A DNA stretch of 28,344 nucleotides. Origin: a virus (taxonomy: Duplodnaviria; Caudoviricetes). The stretch covers positions 1 through 28,344 of the IMG/VR virus record IMGVR_UViG_3300037467_001722; one strand, 5' to 3'. The notes beneath the pieces were generated by a model. That model searched no databases. It was given only the letters and a program-made list of their open reading frames with translations, and was not told where the DNA came from. Positions 23,590 to 28,344 of this stretch are shown piece after piece. The position numbers and the translations under genes were made by a program. Position 1 is the stretch's first letter, and every line of letters begins with the position of its first letter.

Positions 23590-26500
23590 AAATTAATTCT
23601 TCTAATGTTGCTATTCTTTCTTTAGCTTCCTTTAACTCTTTCGACAACTCTTTAATTGACTGCCAAGCTAATGAAATCATTGTATAAGGGTCAATTCCAT
23701 CTTCATCTCTAAATACGGGACTAATCATTTCTGTAATTACTCCTATTTTTGGTTTATCATAAACCCTTGCTTCAAGATTAGATTTTAAATGATATTGCCA
23801 AATTTGAGTATTTTCAATAAGTTCTAGTGGACTAATATCTGTATCTTCTATTTTTACTAAATTATCTTTAAATTTAATAGAAGAACCTGTCGGAAATGAA
23901 CTTGCACGAATAGGCATAAATGAACCACTACCAAAGTTATGATTTGTTACACGAACTTCATTTGGTGAACCAATATAAGTATAAGTACCATTTCCACCAT
24001 AACCATCTCTATAAACGTTCCCATAATAAAATGGTGGTGTATAATTTTGTGATGTCACCCATGATTGAGTTGCATAACCTTGTGAGTTGAACCATGAAGA
24101 ACCAATATAGTTTGAATTTACGTAGGATTGAGTTGCAACAGATGAGCCTGCTATTGTAATTGCTTGTGCATCTAACGTATAACCACTCATTACAGTTACA
24201 TTACCGTAAAATGTTGAACTACCCGAAGAAACGTATATACCGTTATAACATGAAAAACTAGAAGCATTAACTTGACCTGCCACAGATATATTGTTGGTTG
24301 GGACAATTTGAAAATTACTGCTTCCACTATTTGCAAACATTCTCATCATCAAAGTTCCACTATTCCAAAAGCGTAGTTCATTATAATATAACTCTACATA
24401 AGAATTAGTAGCAACGTCTGTTTTAGATGTAATATTAGAACCGTTAATATTAACACCACTAATAATAGTACCTGTAATAGTTCCACCACTAATCTTATCT
24501 CCACTAATAGTACCTGCATTGATATAACTAGCATTGATATATAGTTGTCCACCACTCATGAACAATCCACCAAGAGTACCATTATTAGTTAAAGTATTAA
24601 AGACCGCAGTTTGAGAATTGCTTACTGCACCAACATCACTAGCAGTATAGGTTGGTTTTGTAATAGCACCCCAATTAATACTACCACCATTCATAGTGAT
24701 ATTACCTGTGATATTTAAATCACCATTTGTATCAACACTAAAAACATTTGTCCAGTTTGTACCATCAGATGATTTACTAATTAAAATACCATTTGTTGCA
24801 TTTAAAATTGTTTTAGACTTATTATTAGATTTGGTAATTACGATACCATTAGTAGAATCAATTTTAACACCATTATAATCTGTTCCACTTTTAATAAATG
24901 ATAATGCAGGGTCTAGTTGAGATTCTTTAATTCCACCTGTAACTGTTAAACTAGAACCATCAATGGTAACTCCATTTTTGTCAAACTTAAATTTACCACT
25001 TTCATTTTCCATTGATAAGTTAATACCAACAATTAATTTACCTGCTATTTGCTCTGCTACAACTCCTGTTGGTTTAATTGCAGTTTTCCATGTATTGCCA
25101 CCATCATTAGTCAGTGCTAATACACCATTTTGAGCAATTAGCATATTTAAAGGAGAATCAGAATTTTTAATTAAAATACCTTTCCCACTAATTTCAACAG
25201 AGTTATTAATACCTGCGGTAATTGTTTGTTTTGTAGCATCAAATTGGTCATTAAACCAAGCATCTACTGTATCTTGTATATTTGTTGCTACATCCCATTT
25301 AAATTTATTCATACTTACAGTATTACTAGTTGAGGCACTTTTGTATAATAAATCTAGCAACATATCTCCTTTATTTGTTGTTTTCTTTACATTAGAGATT
25401 GTCAAACTAATAGATTTACCTTCAAAATCATAAGAGATTCCAATAACTTTTGCCTTAATGTCAATTCCTGTAATTTCATGTCTTGCTCGAACTATGTCAC
25501 CAATTTCTAATCTATCCCAATTATCACTTTCTGTAATCATCTCTTTAAAGTTGACAATATTGATAGTGGCAGAAATAACAGGTGTTTTCATTTCTAAAAT
25601 CTTGTCTTGAGCCATTTTATATAAATCATCAACATTAGTGATATTATCGTCAGTAGCTTCTTTCTCAATAATATATAAATTCCGTTCAGTTATTAATTGA
25701 GGTGTGAAGTTTGATTCAATTGATAAAGTGTTTTTAAGATTATTAATCTGTGTATTAACTCCATCAATCTGTATTTGTTTGTTATTGATTTCAGTTTGCT
25801 TGTTATTAATTTCAGTTTGTTTATTATTTTTTTCTGTTATTTTTGCACTAGCAGTTGTAGTATCTCCTAATGAATTTGCTCTATCTAATGCTTGTTGAAT
25901 AATCGTCAAATCATTTTTTAATACACTCATCTGATTATTTAAAGTTGTCATATCTGTTTGATATGTTTTTAAATTTGCAGTATAAGTTGCAAAATTTGTT
26001 TGATTATCTGAAATTAATTTGTTATGATTAATAATAGCTTTACATAATTCATCACTCATATAATCAGAGTGTGTTAAAACATTGCCACTTCCATCTTGTG
26101 AGAATGGATACATAAAATAACTGAAATCTTCTATGAAATTAGTTCCCAATGGATTAGCACTATTAATTGTCAACCCATCTTTACCATACACTTTTAATCT
26201 AGTTACCATACCATCTATTTTAGTTTCTTGTGAAAGAGATTGTAGATATTTTCTGTAACTAAATGTCATACCTGTGTCTCTTCCAATATTTTGAGGTTGA
26301 TAAAAATTAACTGTTCGATTAACTGTATCCCAAACAATTAAAGCATTAAATGATTCTGCCACTTGAATAATTGCATCTAATAGAGTTGCAGAATCTATTT
26401 GAATATTTCGATATGTTGTTACTGAATATAAACTATCTACATATCCTACACCCCATACAGATTCTTCTAGTAATTCTACTAAAATATCGTCTGCATTTTT

Positions 26501-26866
26501 AGATGTTTCAGAATCATATAGACGAATATTTTTATCTGATAATTGTTTTGGTAATAAGAAACAATGCACATCTTTGGTATCTATATCATTTGCACTATCT
26601 GTAATCTCATCAATTTCAAACCATTGAGTTTTACCATTATATGTTAACTTTACTAAATATTTTTCTTTGACTAATGGTATATTTTCATTTGGTGTAATAT
26701 CTAAGTAATTATCCACTCGAAACGGAATAGAGAAAGATAATTCGCTTAATTCTGTTAGTTTTTCATCATATTTAATATTATAAGCTTCGCTCAATTTAGT
26801 TATAATTTGCATATTCGGTTTAGCTAAATGAAGTGATACTTTTTTCGGTTTTAAACTTATTGCCAT
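23588..26866 (-). CDS. tail protein: prophage tail-endopeptidase-like N-terminus, coiled coil, beta-rich spike, C-terminal peptidase S74 chaperone
   Basis: TRL..YGKDGLTI..ANP.G..FIEDFSYF; LALT.DGG.TWKTAI...GVVAE.I.GK; Gly/Asn/Thr-rich repeats; SSIKFKDNL...IGVI.E...LAWQSIKEL. Confidence 0.85.
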   Translation of the reverse strand: MAISLKPKKVSLHLAKPNMQIITKLSEAYNIKYDEKLTELSELSFSIPFRVDNYLDITPNENIPLVKEKYLVKLTYNGKTQWFEIDEITDSANDIDTKDVHCFLLPKQLSDKNIRLYDSETSKNADDILVELLEESVWGVGYVDSLYSVTTYRNIQIDSATLLDAIIQVAESFNALIVWDTVNRTVNFYQPQNIGRDTGMTFSYRKYLQSLSQETKIDGMVTRLKVYGKDGLTINSANPLGTNFIEDFSYFMYPFSQDGSGNVLTHSDYMSDELCKAIINHNKLISDNQTNFATYTANLKTYQTDMTTLNNQMSVLKNDLTIIQQALDRANSLGDTTTASAKITEKNNKQTEINNKQTEINNKQIQIDGVNTQINNLKNTLSIESNFTPQLITERNLYIIEKEATDDNITNVDDLYKMAQDKILEMKTPVISATINIVNFKEMITESDNWDRLEIGDIVRARHEITGIDIKAKVIGISYDFEGKSISLTISNVKKTTNKGDMLLDLLYKSASTSNTVSMNKFKWDVATNIQDTVDAWFNDQFDATKQTITAGINNSVEISGKGILIKNSDSPLNMLIAQNGVLALTNDGGNTWKTAIKPTGVVAEQIAGKLIVGINLSMENESGKFKFDKNGVTIDGSSLTVTGGIKESQLDPALSFIKSGTDYNGVKIDSTNGIVITKSNNKSKTILNATNGILISKSSDGTNWTNVFSVDTNGDLNITGNITMNGGSINWGAITKPTYTASDVGAVSNSQTAVFNTLTNNGTLGGLFMSGGQLYINASYINAGTISGDKISGGTITGTIISGVNINGSNITSKTDVATNSYVELYYNELRFWNSGTLMMRMFANSGSSNFQIVPTNNISVAGQVNASSFSCYNGIYVSSGSSTFYGNVTVMSGYTLDAQAITIAGSSVATQSYVNSNYIGSSWFNSQGYATQSWVTSQNYTPPFYYGNVYRDGYGGNGTYTYIGSPNEVRVTNHNFGSGSFMPIRASSFPTGSSIKFKDNLVKIEDTDISPLELIENTQIWQYHLKSNLEARVYDKPKIGVITEMISPVFRDEDGIDPYTMISLAWQSIKELSKELKEAKERIATLEELI

Positions 26867-26892
26867 TTATTTTCCCCCTTTTTCCTTATATA

Positions 26893-26932
26893 CAAAAAAA
26901 AGTGAGAGGAAATAAAACATTCCTCTCACTTT
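26893..26932 (-). terminator. Rho-independent terminator upstream of the tail gene
   Basis: AAAGTGAGAGGAA-loop-TTCCTCTCACTTT, with a U-tract on the minus strand. Confidence 0.8.
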
Positions 26933-26938
26933 ATATAT

Positions 26939-26958
26939 TCATTATTCATTGTATTTGT
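26939..26958 (-). promoter_or_regulatory. degenerate copy of the promoter-spacer motif in the late region
   Basis: Minus strand ACAAATACAATGAATAATGA (1 mismatch to copy 1); context TGAACA...ATATAT is at best a weak promoter. Confidence 0.55.
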
Positions 26959-26961
26959 TCA

Positions 26962-27180
26962 CTACTCTATTTTTTCGCCTTCATCTTTTTCAATAGATTT
27001 AATACAATGGTCTTTCTGAAATAAATTTAAAAACTTACACATGAAATTACAGAATACACAATCATTTTTTATAACATGTTTACCCATTCTAGATGAAATT
27101 GTTTCATCACTATCGCCACCAAATAAAGCATTAAAAAATTGGTCTAGTGCAACTAATAAGTTCCAAATGTATTTTTTCAT
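26962..27180 (-). CDS. small phage protein (72 aa)
   Basis: N.L.A.DQ..N...GG..DETISSR.GK...C..C...L...DHC pattern, typical near tail genes. Confidence 0.8.
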   Translation of the reverse strand: MKKYIWNLLVALDQFFNALFGGDSDETISSRMGKHVIKNDCVFCNFMCKFLNLFQKDHCIKSIEKDEGEKIE

Positions 27181-27184
27181 TTTA

Positions 27185-27928
27185 TCACCACACAATACTG
27201 TCTACTTCAAGATTTGTAGTAGCAGATTCTACTTGTGGTTGCAAAGTGTTTCGTAATTTGCTAATATTAGAGTTGATATGTTGGAATACTTGTAGTTTAA
27301 TAGATGGAAAAGTAGTTTGTTCAATCATAACACGCTCAACTTTTTGAGTTGCATTATTAAAAACTGTCCATTCTGCTTCCGTAATTAAACCATCTTTAAA
27401 CAATGTATCTGCACCTTGAAAGTTTGCTTGTGCTTCAAGAGAGCAAGAAAACTTATATGATACAGAGTTGATAGTGTAATCGAATCCATCAACAATAGCT
27501 TGATTACAATTCTCTTCAAGTTGTCCAATTTTAGCAGTTTTTAAAGTTTCTAAATCAATAGTTTCTAGATTTAGTTCTTTATATTTTTGGTCTGCGGTTT
27601 TTAATTGGTTTTGTAATTCTTGTACTTGTGTTGATAAAGGTGTTCTAAATACAGGCTCTTGATTTGGTTCTCCTGTTGGATAACTAAACTCCATATCTCT
27701 AGTTTCAAGATTAATTCTATATCCATTATTCTCTAGAAAATCTTGAGCATATTGACCATATGGCAATTCAATATAATCATATGATTCTCTTACTCTTTCT
27801 TGTAAGACTATGTAATTTTCAATGTCTTGCTCAATCGTTGTGGGAACGATTGAGCCTTGCATTTCACCTTTATCTAAAATTACACTACCTGTCGATAATT
27901 CAAAATATATTCTTCTACCGATATTCAT
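27185..27928 (-). CDS. tail-fibre-associated protein with DUF4376-like C-terminal domain
   Basis: IGRRIYFE..TG..I...GE..G N-terminus; K..KI..L...C...I..GF.......F......Q.N C-terminal domain; AAAGGGG SD. Confidence 0.65.
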   Translation of the reverse strand: MNIGRRIYFELSTGSVILDKGEMQGSIVPTTIEQDIENYIVLQERVRESYDYIELPYGQYAQDFLENNGYRINLETRDMEFSYPTGEPNQEPVFRTPLSTQVQELQNQLKTADQKYKELNLETIDLETLKTAKIGQLEENCNQAIVDGFDYTINSVSYKFSCSLEAQANFQGADTLFKDGLITEAEWTVFNNATQKVERVMIEQTTFPSIKLQVFQHINSNISKLRNTLQPQVESATTNLEVDSIVW

Positions 27929-27943
27929 TATTTTTCCCCTTTC

Positions 27944-28344
27944 TTATTCATAAGCTATCCATGTATGAACTCTACTACTCTGATATACAGGTAATGTGAA
28001 ACTTCCGTTTATTACACTAACAGGTGCAACATCCCCTCTGTAATTATAAGTGTATGATGTTGAATTAGAATTTTGATTATAAAATAGTGAATGTTTAACG
28101 GTTTTCCCATAGTTTCCATCCATATCTTCTGAATATAAAACCAATGTTGGATTTAGTGTTTCAAATAGCACAATACGTGATGGTTTAAAAGATAATCCTG
28201 TTATTGTTACATATGGTCTAAGATACGTAGTTGCTCCATCTACCGCAGTAAATGTTTGCGTAGAACTGCTACTTGTTACTGTACCCGAAGCATATCGCTT
28301 GCCAATTCCTTTTGCAATTACACCATCTATTAATGCTTTATTAC
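27944..28344 (-). CDS. C-terminal part of a tail fibre / receptor-binding protein (5'-truncated by window edge)
   Basis: Frame open to the window end: ...KRYASGTVTSSS...VTITGLSFKPSRIVL...GSFTLPV......WIAYE*. Confidence 0.7.
   Translation of the reverse strand, partial: NKALIDGVIAKGIGKRYASGTVTSSSSTQTFTAVDGATTYLRPYVTITGLSFKPSRIVLFETLNPTLVLYSEDMDGNYGKTVKHSLFYNQNSNSTSYTYNYRGDVAPVSVINGSFTLPVYQSSRVHTWIAYE

Noticed and set aside
25775-25829. 21-bp imperfect tandem repeat in the tail gene (NNKQTEI units)
   Set aside because: Explained by coiled-coil heptads; no sign of a diversity-generating or phase-variable element.
264-27999. Short ORFs in the track that are antisense or out-of-frame to real genes (e.g. 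264..479-, 2294..2707-, 2373..2630+, 4877..5077-, 8602..8790+, 14632..15044-, 23233..23502+, 27041..27347+)
   Set aside because: They overlap well-supported genes, lack SD sequences and break the strict strand organisation; treated as shadow ORFs.
1-28344. tRNA, rRNA, integrase or transposase genes
   Set aside because: None recognised; intergenic gaps are short and accounted for by promoters, terminators and repeats.

Overview
AT-rich fragment of a large tailed phage or prophage of a Bacillus-like (Bacillota) host, organised like SPbeta-type phages. Bases 1-21.6 kb are a + strand arm. It holds many small accessory genes, an NAD+ reconstitution operon (PRPP-synthetase-like Adps, an extra HAD-family gene, NAMPT-like Namat), and a replication/nucleotide block (dUTPase, ClpP-like protease, thymidine kinase, DnaE, ThyA, DHFR, HD nucleotidase, RusA, HTH protein). 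Bases 21.6-28.3 kb are the convergent - strand end of the late region (tail fibre end, DUF4376-like protein, tail protein with S74 chaperone, lysis cassette). The most notable non-coding signals are two dispersed repeat families. (1) A 10-6-10 palindrome, TTT(G/A)ATAAAA-N6-TTTTAT(C/A)AAA, found 8 times, almost always on a stop codon and usually just before the next Shine-Dalgarno. (2) A motif ACAAATRYAATAAATAATGA that forms the spacer of 7 consensus sigmaA promoters and also occurs 4 times without a consensus promoter, which suggests an operator. Several terminator-like hairpins straddle promoter start sites. All calls come from reading the sequence and recognising motifs by eye; no database searches were run.
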